Assembly (NCBI GenBank): GCA_044229845.1
Contig: JBGASG010000001.1
Coordinates: 288,001-352,000, forward strand
Length of the DNA: 64,000 nt
Origin: Candidatus Obscuribacteraceae bacterium
GTDB lineage: Bacteria; Cyanobacteriota; Vampirovibrionia; Obscuribacterales; Obscuribacteraceae
Direction of reading: 5' to 3'
In this document: in pieces, positions 48,940-59,173 of the stretch
Layout: every line of letters starts with the position of its first letter
Position numbering within the stretch: position 1 is the stretch's first letter
The notes under the pieces: generated by a model
Seen by the model: only the letters and a program-made list of their open reading frames with translations
Database searches by the model: none
What the model was told of the DNA's origin: nothing
Program-made: the position numbers and the translations under genes

Positions 48940-50319
48940 TTATAGAAGCATGTGCAGGCACGAGTAAACGATGCTCAAGTAGATGGTGACAGTGCACACA
49001 TCCAGCAAGCTGGTGATCAGTGGTCCGCTGGCGTGCGCCGCTTCAATGCCCATGCGTTCGAAGACCATCGGCACCAGCGTGCCGACAATCACTCCGAACG
49101 ACATTGTGACGAAGAGAGAGCCTGCCACAACCATGCCCAACTTCAGGTTGGCCGAGTTAAAAATGCAGGTGACCAGGAATGTGATCAGTCCGCAAGCTAT
49201 TCCCAGCAAAGCGCCTACGCGCAGCTCGTGAAACAGTTTGCGCGAAATGTGCTTCCAGCTCATGTGCTTCTTGCCTTCCATGATGGCGATGCAGGTGCTC
49301 TGCATGGCGACACTGCCGGTGGCACTATTCAAAAGCGGCATGAAAGCCAGAGCAATCACAGCCTGCTGCACGATGTGCTCGAAGCTGGTGATCACAGCGG
49401 CACTGCCCGACTCGATGGCCAGTGTGACGATCAGCCAGGGGACGCGCGCACGAAACGCTTGCCTGACGCTCGATCGCAGGGAGTCACCTGATTCACCGGA
49501 TGTGGTGTCAATACCGGATGCCTGCAGAATGTCTTCTTCGGCTTCTTCTTGCATGACGTCGAAGGCGTCGTCGGTGGTGATGATACCGCGCAATTTGCCG
49601 CTAGCGTCGACGACGGGCAGGGCCAGCAAGTCGTAGCGGATCATCTTCTCGACCGCTTCTTCCTGGTCTGTGTCGGTGGTCACGTAGATGACGGTGGTGT
49701 CCATCAGCGATTCCACAATGGCGTTTTGCGGTGCATTCAACAGATCTCTCACCGACACCATTCCAACCAGCATCTCATCGTCATCGACGACAAACAGGTC
49801 GTACACCTCGTCTTCCGAGTAGGTGACGGTTTGAGTAAACTCTTTAAGAGCCTCTTGAGCAGTAGCTTTGCTGTTCACCGACACCAGATCGGTGGACATG
49901 ATGCCGCCTGCCGAATCGTCCTTGAACGACATCAGTTCGTAAAGGTCGCCGGCAGCCTGGTCGTCCGTCATCTTGGTCAAGATGGCAGTCACCTTTTCTT
50001 TGGGCAGCTCAGCCAGAAGGTCGGCGGCATCGTCCGGTTCCATCTTGGCGATAATCGGCACCACGCCGATGTCGCCCAGCTCTCTCAGCAAATTTTTCTG
50101 GCTCTCGCCGTCCAGTTCGGACAGCACGGCTGAGGCATGATCGAGATCAAGCAGGCGGAAGCAGGCAAGGCGCTGAGCGATCTTCAGCTCCTGCAGCCAT
50201 TCTGCCAGGTCTGCCGGGTGCTGTTCGTTGATCACCATGCGCAACTGCTGCTTGTCCCCCGTGTCAATGAGGGAGGACAGGTAGCCAGCATCGATCGCTA
50301 CTACGTTTTCGATGTCCAT
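48940..50319 (-). CDS. mgtE: Magnesium transporter MgtE
   Basis: HPADLAE, DDAADLL, SAGGIM, CBS pair, SGPLITSLLD. Confidence 0.95.
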   Translation of the reverse strand: MDIENVVAIDAGYLSSLIDTGDKQQLRMVINEQHPADLAEWLQELKIAQRLACFRLLDLDHASAVLSELDGESQKNLLRELGDIGVVPIIAKMEPDDAADLLAELPKEKVTAILTKMTDDQAAGDLYELMSFKDDSAGGIMSTDLVSVNSKATAQEALKEFTQTVTYSEDEVYDLFVVDDDEMLVGMVSVRDLLNAPQNAIVESLMDTTVIYVTTDTDQEEAVEKMIRYDLLALPVVDASGKLRGIITTDDAFDVMQEEAEEDILQASGIDTTSGESGDSLRSSVRQAFRARVPWLIVTLAIESGSAAVITSFEHIVQQAVIALAFMPLLNSATGSVAMQSTCIAIMEGKKHMSWKHISRKLFHELRVGALLGIACGLITFLVTCIFNSANLKLGMVVAGSLFVTMSFGVIVGTLVPMVFERMGIEAAHASGPLITSLLDVCTVTIYLSIVYSCLHMLL

Positions 50320-50465
50320 GAGAATTGCGCGCTCGAACCAAAACCAGGGACGATTTTGAGCATCGTCCCAATCAAATTTATGATAACCGCTTCCCTGACC
50401 AACTTTCGATTAGCTGCATGTCATACAGACGCGCGCCATCGGCAGTTTTTACTGGAACCGTTGTT

Positions 50466-51428
50466 CTAGTCTTCGAGGTAGCCGGCCAGTTTTGACGACC
50501 AGGCGGGCTGCCGCAGCTTGCGGAAGGCTTTGTGTTCGATCTGGCGAACGCGTTCGCGAGTGATGTTGAAAAGGCGCCCAACTTCTTCGAGAGTGCGTTG
50601 GCGACCGTCTTCCAGACCATATCTCAGGTGCATGATATCGCGTTCGCGCGGCGTCAACTGGCTGAGCATGCGGTTAAGGTCTTGACGCATCAATTCTTCT
50701 TCGGTGTTGGCATCGGGCCGCGCCGATTCGTTGTCTTCGATCAGATCGCCCAGATACGTCTCTTCATCGCGATTGAGCGGCATCTCCATGGAGATCGGCT
50801 CGCGATCGGCAGCGATAATTTCCTGCACTTTCGCCACCGAAAGGTCCATTTCCTTAGCCAGTTCTTGCTCGGTCGGCTTGCGTCCGAGTTCTTGAGCCAT
50901 GCGGGCGCTGGTCTTCTTCATCTTGTTGATGGATTCGACCATGTGCACCGGCACGCGAATGGTTCGTGATTTATCTGCCAGACCGCGGCTGATCGCCTGG
51001 CGAATCCACCAGGTAGCGTAGGTCGAGAACTTGAAACCCTTGGTGTGATCGAACTTTTCAGCCGCTCGAATCAGTCCCAGGTTGCCTTCCTGAATCAAAT
51101 CCTGGAAGGGTAATCCGCGGTTGACATATTTCTTGGCGATCGAGATAACCAGGCGCAAGTTAGCCTGAATCAGCTTCTTCTTCGCTTCGCCGTCACCTTT
51201 TGCAATTCTGCGGGCCAGTTCGATCTCTTCATCCGGACGAATCATTTTGACGCGTCCGATTTCACGCAGATACAGTCTCACTGAGTCTTCTGTGAAGCCG
51301 TCTTCTTTCCCCGTCGGGCGTTGAGTTTCCTCATCATCCGACGACATGTTGTCTTCATCCTGATCGAAGAGTTGAACCTCTGACGACCAGTCTTCAGATA
51401 GATCTTCGCTGAGTCTCGAAGAAGCCAA
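50466..51428 (-). CDS. RpoD/SigA-family sigma-70 factor (group 1 or 2)
   Basis: [47 protein letters not shown]; short acidic N-terminus. Confidence 0.95.
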   Translation of the reverse strand: MASSRLSEDLSEDWSSEVQLFDQDEDNMSSDDEETQRPTGKEDGFTEDSVRLYLREIGRVKMIRPDEEIELARRIAKGDGEAKKKLIQANLRLVISIAKKYVNRGLPFQDLIQEGNLGLIRAAEKFDHTKGFKFSTYATWWIRQAISRGLADKSRTIRVPVHMVESINKMKKTSARMAQELGRKPTEQELAKEMDLSVAKVQEIIAADREPISMEMPLNRDEETYLGDLIEDNESARPDANTEEELMRQDLNRMLSQLTPRERDIMHLRYGLEDGRQRTLEEVGRLFNITRERVRQIEHKAFRKLRQPAWSSKLAGYLED

Positions 51429-51748
51429 GGAAAGAAACTCCTGTGAAATGAGATTGCCCGCCGAACTTAGGCTTTCAACCTAGAACCTTTTTACCCACTC
51501 CCAAACATTCTCTAGCAGTCAAGATAAATTTTAAGTTTTGCAACATTGGTCCCGAAACCCAGATAGAAATTCACTTTGCGAGAACAATCGCAGACATTTG
51601 AGCTGGTTGTGCCCTCTGCGATCGCAGTCAGGGAGCCGGGCGAACAAATTATAGTTCTTCTTGATTTCAGGGTGAGGTGTCGCCAATGCAGCTATCCAAG
51701 CTGATCTGGTATATTCAGCCCTCACATTACCAGAGCTAAAGGACTGTC

Positions 51749-51853
51749 ATGACTGCTAAATACAACGCACGCATCAAGAAAAAGCGCAGACTGGCGAAAG
51801 TCAATCGCAAGAAAGCAAAAGTTCGCGAGCAAATCGCCAAGTCGAAGAAGTAA
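51749..51853 (+). CDS. Small Lys/Arg-rich protein (34 aa), not in the ORF track
   Basis: AAAGGA RBS. Translates MTAKYNARIKKKRRLAKVNRKKAKVREQIAKSKK*; the stop is 3 nt before the trpS start. Confidence 0.65.
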   Translation: MTAKYNARIKKKRRLAKVNRKKAKVREQIAKSKK

Positions 51854-51856
51854 CGT

Positions 51857-52897
51857 TTGAGTACGCAGGCGAAGACGCCACTGAAAACCAAACGCATCAT
51901 GTCCGGGATGCGACCGACCGGTCGTTTGCATCTCGGTCACTACTTTGGTGCGCTGAAAAATTGGATCGAGTTTCAGGACAGCTATGACAGCTATTTCTCG
52001 ATCGTCGACTGGCATGCCCTGACCACCAAGTACCAGGATCCGTCCGGTATCCGCCAGGCGATCTGGGAGATTGCCCTCGACTGGCTTTCCGTCGGCATCA
52101 ATCCGGAAGTATCAACTATATATGTCCAATCGGCGATTCCCGAAATTGCTGAGCTGCATCTTTTGTTCTCCATGTTTACGCCTCAAAACTGGGTAGAAGG
52201 CGAGCCTACCCTCAAGGACATGGTGAAGATGCTGGCCAAAGACCCTGAGGAGGCTCGTGACAAAGTCACTTATGGACTGCTCGGTTATCCGGTTTTGATG
52301 ACCGCCGACATCCTGGCTTTTCGTGCCGATCTGGTGCCGGTAGGCAAGGATCAAGAGTCGCATCTGGAATTTGCTCGCGATATCGCACGCCGTTTCAATC
52401 ATCTTTATGGCGAGGAATACTTCCCGGAACCGCAGCCCAAATTTACTACCACACCGCTGTTGCGTGGCGTCGACGGGCAGAAGATGGGCAAGTCGTACAA
52501 CAACGACATCAAGCTGGCTGACACCGAAGACGATACCATCAAGAAAGTCAAGCAGATGATTACGGATCGCACCCGCATCGGGCGCAAGGATCCAGGACAT
52601 GTCGATCTGTGCGAAGTACCCTGGCCGATGTACCAGATCTTCGGATCAGATATAAAGGATCAGGTGAAGACCGAATGTGAATCGGCTGCGATCGGCTGCG
52701 TCGACTGCAAGGTGCGTCTGGGCGGACTGATAAACGAGTTTCTCAAGCCGGTGCGAGAACGGCGCGCGCATCTGGAGAAAAATCCTGATGAAGTGCGCAA
52801 AATTCTTGAATATGGGAATAAAAAAGCGCGCGCGGTGGCACGCGAGACGATCGAGAAGGTCAAGCAGCTTATGGGCCTGGACGTGTGGACGACCTAG
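51857..52897 (+). CDS. trpS: Tryptophan--tRNA ligase
   Basis: SGMRPTGRLHLGH, GYPVLMTADIL, VPVGKDQ, KMGKS. Confidence 0.97.
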   Translation: MSTQAKTPLKTKRIMSGMRPTGRLHLGHYFGALKNWIEFQDSYDSYFSIVDWHALTTKYQDPSGIRQAIWEIALDWLSVGINPEVSTIYVQSAIPEIAELHLLFSMFTPQNWVEGEPTLKDMVKMLAKDPEEARDKVTYGLLGYPVLMTADILAFRADLVPVGKDQESHLEFARDIARRFNHLYGEEYFPEPQPKFTTTPLLRGVDGQKMGKSYNNDIKLADTEDDTIKKVKQMITDRTRIGRKDPGHVDLCEVPWPMYQIFGSDIKDQVKTECESAAIGCVDCKVRLGGLINEFLKPVRERRAHLEKNPDEVRKILEYGNKKARAVARETIEKVKQLMGLDVWTT

Positions 52898-54279
52898 GGG
52901 TTCGTTATTACTTGCGCTTCCTGGAAGGACTGCTCGTCGTTCTCTTCGCCGCCAGTCTGCCTGTTTCACTGACAGCCTCGTGGATTTTGTTTACGGCCGG
53001 TGTGATCACCAGCGTAGTGGTGTTTCTTGTGGAAAAACGCCAGGACGGCGCCACGCCCGCAAAGGCGCAACAGTTCCAGGTGCTCAGCCGTGCGCCCCTG
53101 ACTCTGCCGATGTTTTTGTTTCTTCTGGTCGTCACCGTATCCGGTGCATATAACAGCAGCGGCGGCGCCGACGTCTTTAAGCAGGGATGGCGTTCTCTGT
53201 GGGCTCTGAAGGGCCTGTTTGTCTACTTCTGGGCACGCTGGGTCTTCTCTCGGCACCCGGGCCTTTTGTTTTCAGCCTTGCAGGCGCTTTTGATTGTTGC
53301 CGGTGTGGGCGGAGTCTGGGGCACCATTCAACAAGTATTCAACTTCCATCCGTTCGGCTACCAGTATCTGCAAGGTACCGGCTTCCACGGCGGACCGATG
53401 CCGTTTGCCGGACAGATGCAGCTGTTTTCCATGTTGGCGCTGGCGCTGGTTGCTTGCCGCGGCTATGGCGCCTTCCAGCCCGGTGTGGTGATTTGCGGCA
53501 AGAAACTTTTGCCCGGCGTCCTGCACAAGGCACCGGTGATGGTGCTTGTTTGCCTCTGCAATTGTCTGGGATTGCTGTTTGCCGGCGAGCGCAGCGCCTG
53601 GGCCGGTGGTGTCGCCGGTATCCTGCTTCTGGCAGCGCTTCTGGGACGAAAAATCTTTGGCATCACCATGGCGGCACTGGCGGTGCTGGCTGCCGCAGCC
53701 TGGAACTTCGTGCCCCTGGTGCGCGTGCGCATCGAGTCTCTGTTCAACGGGCAAAGTGATATCAGCGTGCAGGCGCGCCTGATCCTCTGGGAGAAAGCAC
53801 GACTGCTCTGGCAGAAGTCGCCGCTCCTGGGTGTCGGTATTGAAAATTTCCCACCGCAAGCCATGCCGGAGGCGGTGGTGCCCGGACGCTCGTTCGTGCT
53901 CGATCATGCTCACAGCAATTACTTTCACCTGCTGGCCACCACCGGTGCCCTGGGGCTGGCAACTTACGCGGTGCTCTGGATCACGGCGCTGACCAGCGGC
54001 GTGCGCAATTATCTATCCGCTCAAACTCCCCAGTGGCGGGCTTTGTATCTGGGAGTGACGGCCGGCACACTGGCCCTTATGGTCTCCGGGGCCTTCGAAT
54101 ACAACTTCGGCACTTCGCACGTGCGCATCGCCCAGTGGTTTTTGCTTGGCATTCTGGGATTGAGCGCCTATGAAGCGGGACTGGTCGCCGAAGCTTCCTC
54201 ATCGGAGCGCCGTGCCCCTGATACCGCCCCTGGTGATAGTAGCGCCTCTAATCGGTTTTTGACTTCCGCGGCCGACTGA
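52885..54279 (+). CDS. O-antigen ligase (Wzy_C) family membrane protein
   Basis: Many TM segments, ERSAW, ARLILW, PLLGVG, HAHSNY. Confidence 0.88.
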   Translation: MDDLGVRYYLRFLEGLLVVLFAASLPVSLTASWILFTAGVITSVVVFLVEKRQDGATPAKAQQFQVLSRAPLTLPMFLFLLVVTVSGAYNSSGGADVFKQGWRSLWALKGLFVYFWARWVFSRHPGLLFSALQALLIVAGVGGVWGTIQQVFNFHPFGYQYLQGTGFHGGPMPFAGQMQLFSMLALALVACRGYGAFQPGVVICGKKLLPGVLHKAPVMVLVCLCNCLGLLFAGERSAWAGGVAGILLLAALLGRKIFGITMAALAVLAAAAWNFVPLVRVRIESLFNGQSDISVQARLILWEKARLLWQKSPLLGVGIENFPPQAMPEAVVPGRSFVLDHAHSNYFHLLATTGALGLATYAVLWITALTSGVRNYLSAQTPQWRALYLGVTAGTLALMVSGAFEYNFGTSHVRIAQWFLLGILGLSAYEAGLVAEASSSERRAPDTAPGDSSASNRFLTSAAD

Positions 54280-55673
54280 GGACGACGGCTGGCTTCCAGT
54301 GCGGTGCACGCCGCTACCAGTTCGTCTAGACCGGCAGAAACTTCCGGACGCCGGGAGCGTGGATGCGAGCTCTCCAGTGCGTCAGGATCTTCACCGATCA
54401 AAAGGAAGTAGATCGTGCAGCCGAGCGCATATATGTCGCTTTGCGTGACTGACTTGCCGCGGAACTGTTCCGGTGCGATGTATGCCTGCTTGCCGACCAG
54501 GGTGCCGGTGGCGGTCCCGACAAACTCGTTGGCGGCACCGAAGTCGATTAATTTTATGCCCTCGGTTTCACTTAACACCAAATTGTCCGGCGTCAGGTCG
54601 CGGTGAATGAGCGGCGGATCCTGGTTGTGCAAATACGTGAGTATTTCGCAAATCAAGACCGCCCAGGAGATGATCTGAGCTTCGTCTTGTGCGCCATTCT
54701 GTTTCACCAGTTGGCGCAAGTCCTGACCATTGATATATTCGATCAACAAGTAGTCGCGACCGTCTTCTGTGAAGTTGTCGAACACTTTGGCGATGTGAGG
54801 GTGTCTGAGTCGGATCAGAAAGCGCGCTTCCCGTTGAAACATCTCGCGAGCCTTTGCCCGCATTGCTTCATCACAACTTGCCGGCGTCACAGCCTCTTTT
54901 ATGACGACCAGATCTTTGCCCTGATTCTGAGCCAGGTAAATTGCCGAAAGTCCGCCGAATGCCAGTTGGCGAATAATCTTTAAACGACCTTCGCGCAGAG
55001 TCTTGTTGGGCTCCAGGGGCACGAACGAGGTGGAGGAGAAACGTCGCCCCAGCTCTTCCTCCCACATGGCCGTGTAACTGAGTTGCTTGGGCGTGTTGTT
55101 TGATGCTTGCAGCGATTCATGCAAGACAATCAGGTCAGTGCCGCGCTCAATATGATTGCCCCAGACGTCGGCGGCCAGCAGCAGTTTCTCCAGATCTTCA
55201 TCGGTGAGTCCCTTCATATTGAGAGCAATCTGGCGGCCTTTGTCGAAACTGAAAACCAGTTGTCTCTGTCGCAGGGGCAGCTTCTCGGCACCGGCGATGG
55301 TGAGTGCTGTGACTTCTCCCCAGGTCTTTTGCCGTTCGAAGAAAGCCATCGGAGTGCGGAACAAAAATCGTGGATAGGCGATACCTTCTTTGGTGGCAAT
55401 CAATCTATTGTCGCCGAAGTAGAGTGTGCCTAAAGAGCCCATGAACGTCAGCGCGAAGGCTCCGAACGCTACTTCCCAAAATTCCATTTTGCCGAATGTA
55501 TAGGCAAAGTCGGGCCAGCTGCCGTGCGACAGGCTGATGACGATGCCAATAAATAAAAACACGAGCAGTGCCGGGGCTGAGACTCCCCAGATCGGCAAGC
55601 CCAGCAGCATAGTGCCGAGGGCAATGCGAGCCGCAGTGCTTTTGTAGCGAACGGTCAGCTCGAGCTCGGTCAT
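54168..55673 (-). CDS. Membrane-associated Ser/Thr protein kinase
   Basis: Two N-terminal TM segments; GGLSAIY, VIKE, HRDLTPDN, DFG, APEQ, SDIYALG. Confidence 0.92.
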   Translation of the reverse strand: MTELELTVRYKSTAARIALGTMLLGLPIWGVSAPALLVFLFIGIVISLSHGSWPDFAYTFGKMEFWEVAFGAFALTFMGSLGTLYFGDNRLIATKEGIAYPRFLFRTPMAFFERQKTWGEVTALTIAGAEKLPLRQRQLVFSFDKGRQIALNMKGLTDEDLEKLLLAADVWGNHIERGTDLIVLHESLQASNNTPKQLSYTAMWEEELGRRFSSTSFVPLEPNKTLREGRLKIIRQLAFGGLSAIYLAQNQGKDLVVIKEAVTPASCDEAMRAKAREMFQREARFLIRLRHPHIAKVFDNFTEDGRDYLLIEYINGQDLRQLVKQNGAQDEAQIISWAVLICEILTYLHNQDPPLIHRDLTPDNLVLSETEGIKLIDFGAANEFVGTATGTLVGKQAYIAPEQFRGKSVTQSDIYALGCTIYFLLIGEDPDALESSHPRSRRPEVSAGLDELVAACTALEASRRPQSAAEVKNRLEALLSPGAVSGARRSDEEASATSPAS

Positions 55674-55676
55674 CGC

Positions 55677-57410
55677 TTACTCCCGCGTTTGCTTCTCTTG
55701 TGCAGCTCTCAGGCGATCGGCGATTTCTGCGACGTTCTGAAAGCGTTCTGCCTGATCGAGAGCGGTGCAGCGGGAGACGATCTCTTCCAATATGATCGGA
55801 GTGTCGTCATTGGCGAGCAGTGGATGTGAACAACTGAGCGGCTCCGGGTCTTTTCCGGTGAGCAAGAAATAAAGCGTCGCTCCCAACGCGTAGATGTCGC
55901 TGCGCGGGGTGGGCTTGCCGCGAAATTGCTCCGGCGGCAGGTATGAATGTTTTCCGACCACGGTGCCGGTGGAGGTGGAGTCGCTTTGCTGAGCGACGTT
56001 GAAATCAATCAGCTTCAGACCCTCAGTGCTGTCGGTAATCAGATTATCCGGCGTGAAATCGCGGTGCACCACGGGCGGTTTCTGCTCGTGAAGAAACTGG
56101 AGAATGTCCAGCATGTTCTCGAGCAGAGGAAAAATTTCATGCGTTGAAAGTGGTCCCTGGCGATTGACCTGGTCCCGCAGGGAAGTGCCTCGAATGTACT
56201 CCAGAACCAGGTAAGCACGGTGGTCTTCGATAAAGTAATCGAGCAGCTTCACGACTTTAGGATGATCGAGAGTCTGCAGCAGTTTGGCTTCGTTCTCGAA
56301 ACGCTCCAACGCTTGTTTGCGTACGGTGCGCTCGACATACACCGGCAAAATGAACTCTTTCAGCACCACTTGATCTGCCGAGTCCGCGTTTTTCAGTCCG
56401 GCCACGGTTGCACTGTATGCGGTGCCTTGCCCGCCGACTCCCAGCTGACGTTCTACGGTGTAGCGTCCACCGTAAAGAGCTGTGCCTTCCGCTACGGGAT
56501 TGAGCCGCTCGCGCTTGGGCGGCGCTGCCAGCGACTCCAGCCAGAGTTCTGTATAGCTGCGTTTTTGTGGAGGTTCGAATACCTGCAAGATCTCCGGATC
56601 GACAGACATCATGCCGGCGTATTTGTCCACAGCTTCCAGCAACCGCTCGCGGTCTAATTGCGCGGTGAGACCAGCCAGCTTCAATTTGAGTGGATGCCCT
56701 TTGCTGTCGAAGGAGATGAGCCAGTTGTCTGCTACCGTTGTTTTTCGAGGTTTCTCCAGCTTGAGACCAGAGAAATCGCTCCAGGGCTTTAATTTGCCGA
56801 TCATTTTCAGAGACCAGAACTGCCAGCGCAGTTTGATGCCCTTTTGTCCGATCAAAATAGCGGTCGGCTGTATTGAAAGGCGGGCGACAACACCGGCTAG
56901 AACCACCATGCTAGACGCTGAAACCATTGCAAAGACGGGGTTGATGAACAGATTATAGAGACCGTTCATGCCTGCGTTGACTGCATAGCCGGTGTTCTGG
57001 AGCAGCAATCCGCCAAAGCCGGCGGAGGCATTCTGGATCAGCTGGGCCAGCCATTTTGGTTCACCGGAGCGAGAGATATAGTCTGCCACGAAGACGCCGC
57101 CGACCAGTAAGGTAATCAGCCCGGCGAGCGGTCCGTAGATGCGCCAGTAAAACTTCTCCTGAGAGGCGAGGAACTTGGCTTGCCGTTGCAGTCCCACATA
57201 TGGGTTGTAGGGAATTTCAATGCCGTCGGCGGTTTCGACAGGCGGCAACTTAACAGCCGGGTAGGCACGTGGCTCGCTCTGCTCCGATGCCCTGACCGGC
57301 AAGGCGCTTTCATGGATGGAAGCTTCCATCTTGCAAAGGAAACGCTCGGCCATCTTGCGTTTCACCATGCCAGAGTACTGCTTGAAGGCTTTTCGGGAGA
57401 ATAATTCCAT
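55677..57410 (-). CDS. Membrane-associated Ser/Thr protein kinase (DFN variant)
   Basis: N-terminal TM segments; GVGGQG, VLKE, HRDFTPDN, DFN, PPEQ, SDIYALG. Confidence 0.92.
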   Translation of the reverse strand: MELFSRKAFKQYSGMVKRKMAERFLCKMEASIHESALPVRASEQSEPRAYPAVKLPPVETADGIEIPYNPYVGLQRQAKFLASQEKFYWRIYGPLAGLITLLVGGVFVADYISRSGEPKWLAQLIQNASAGFGGLLLQNTGYAVNAGMNGLYNLFINPVFAMVSASSMVVLAGVVARLSIQPTAILIGQKGIKLRWQFWSLKMIGKLKPWSDFSGLKLEKPRKTTVADNWLISFDSKGHPLKLKLAGLTAQLDRERLLEAVDKYAGMMSVDPEILQVFEPPQKRSYTELWLESLAAPPKRERLNPVAEGTALYGGRYTVERQLGVGGQGTAYSATVAGLKNADSADQVVLKEFILPVYVERTVRKQALERFENEAKLLQTLDHPKVVKLLDYFIEDHRAYLVLEYIRGTSLRDQVNRQGPLSTHEIFPLLENMLDILQFLHEQKPPVVHRDFTPDNLITDSTEGLKLIDFNVAQQSDSTSTGTVVGKHSYLPPEQFRGKPTPRSDIYALGATLYFLLTGKDPEPLSCSHPLLANDDTPIILEEIVSRCTALDQAERFQNVAEIADRLRAAQEKQTRE

Positions 57411-57541
57411 CGGAAATCGACAACACCGGGTGCTTCGGCCAACTCTAATCTAGTCTTACCCGATCAGAAGTAAGGCCATACTCTCCTAAAGCCTGAGTTA
57501 TGACTTCTAATTTTGATGTTGTTTAAGGGCAATCCCCGAGA

Positions 57542-59116
57542 CTAGTGCTTGAAGCAGCGCTGGCCGGTGAAGAGCATGGTTATCCCGTGCTTGTCGCAGG
57601 CGGCAATCACCTCATCATCCTTGATGCTGCCACCCGGCTGAATGATGACTTTGATGCCGGCCGCGGCCGCCGCTTCGATGTTGTCGATGTTCGGGAAAAA
57701 GGCGTCACTGGCCAGTACAGCGCCCTTGGCGTTGTCGCCGGCTTGGGTCAATGCGATCTTCACCGAACCCACCCGATTGGTTTGCCCGATGCCGATTCCT
57801 AACGACACGCCGTGGCGCGCTACGAAAATGGCGTTAGAAGTCAGGTGCTTCACCACGGACCAGGCAAACTGCACGTCCTGTTTGTACGATGCGTCAAGCG
57901 CGGCTTTTGTGACGGTTTTGAATGTTTCGACGGTGGCCGGTTCCTCGACATCGCGGGAGACGAGAAAACCGAAGTCGGACAAGTCTTTGAATTGCAGCGT
58001 GTCCAGGGGTGGTTGCTCAAGAGCCGCAGGCGAGAGCTTCAGCACGCGGACGTTTTTCTTCTTGGCGAAAACAGGCATGGCGGCTTCATCGAAGTCAGGT
58101 GCAGCGATGATCTCGACGAAATCGCGGACCAGGCGCTCGGCCAGTTTGGCATCGACCTTGCGGGTGAAGCCGTAAATGCCGCCGAAAGCGGAAACCGGAT
58201 CACAATCGTAGGCCTTTTCGAATGCTGTGGCCGTGTCCTTATCGATGGCGACGCCGCAGGGATTGTTGTGTTTGATGATGCAGGCGGCGTTCTCTTTGGA
58301 GAGCTCCCGCAATGTGCGCAGCAGCGCATAAACATCTACGATGTTGTTGAAGGAAAGCTCTTTGCCTTGCAGCTGCTCGAAGGGCGGAAACGCTTTCGCG
58401 GCTGCCGCGTTCACCGCCGGTGGTGCATACCAGGCAGCAACTTGATGGGGGTTTTCGCCGTAGCGCAGGCTCTGGTGGACGGGCAGTCCAAGCGTCAGAT
58501 GCGGCGGTAATTTTAGCTCCTCACCGTTTTCCGGCTGCGAGATGCGCTCGAGATACCCGGATATTGCCCGGTCATACTCGGAGGTGCGTTTGAACGCCGA
58601 CAGTGCCAGCGCCCGGCGCGCTTGTGGCGACACCTGTCCGCCACCGGACTCCATTTGTTCGAGCGTCGGGCCGTACTGCCCGGGCTCTGACAAAATAACC
58701 ACGCGCTCGTAGTTTTTAGCTGCTGCGCGCAGTAATGTCACACCACCGACATCAATCTGTTCGATCATTTCGCTCTCGGAGAGGTTTTCCTGCAGTTTCT
58801 TCTCAAATGGATAGAGGTTGCAGACCACGTAATCGATTTCCAGAATGTCCAGCTCCGCCAGGCAAGAACGGTCTTCTTGCGAGGGACGAGCCAGCACGCC
58901 GGCGAGCACTTTGGGGTGCAATGTCTTGACGCGTCCGCCGAGAATCTCAGGAAACTTGGTGAGTTCTTCGACTTTCATACACTGGAAGCCGTTCTCCAGG
59001 AGGTATGCGGCAGTGGAACTGGTGCCGATGATGCGCAGCGTGTCGAACTTCTCCAGTCCTTTGAGAAGCTCTTTCAGTCCGGCTTTGTCCGAAACACTGA
59101 CCAGTACCGTTCGCAT
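57542..59116 (-). CDS. purH: Bifunctional AICAR transformylase/IMP cyclohydrolase
   Basis: SVSDK, GRVKTLHP, LRYGENPHQ, KHNNPCG, ASDAFFP, IQPGGS. Confidence 0.98.
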   Translation of the reverse strand: MRTVLVSVSDKAGLKELLKGLEKFDTLRIIGTSSTAAYLLENGFQCMKVEELTKFPEILGGRVKTLHPKVLAGVLARPSQEDRSCLAELDILEIDYVVCNLYPFEKKLQENLSESEMIEQIDVGGVTLLRAAAKNYERVVILSEPGQYGPTLEQMESGGGQVSPQARRALALSAFKRTSEYDRAISGYLERISQPENGEELKLPPHLTLGLPVHQSLRYGENPHQVAAWYAPPAVNAAAAKAFPPFEQLQGKELSFNNIVDVYALLRTLRELSKENAACIIKHNNPCGVAIDKDTATAFEKAYDCDPVSAFGGIYGFTRKVDAKLAERLVRDFVEIIAAPDFDEAAMPVFAKKKNVRVLKLSPAALEQPPLDTLQFKDLSDFGFLVSRDVEEPATVETFKTVTKAALDASYKQDVQFAWSVVKHLTSNAIFVARHGVSLGIGIGQTNRVGSVKIALTQAGDNAKGAVLASDAFFPNIDNIEAAAAAGIKVIIQPGGSIKDDEVIAACDKHGITMLFTGQRCFKH

Positions 59117-59173
59117 TGTGGGTGTCCTCCTGACTTATGGAATGGGGATTGGGATTGGCAATTGGGCTGCTAT

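Noticed and set aside
51430..51856. T-box or attenuator for trpS
   Set aside because: No T-box consensus or terminator is seen, and the upstream small ORF has no Trp codons.
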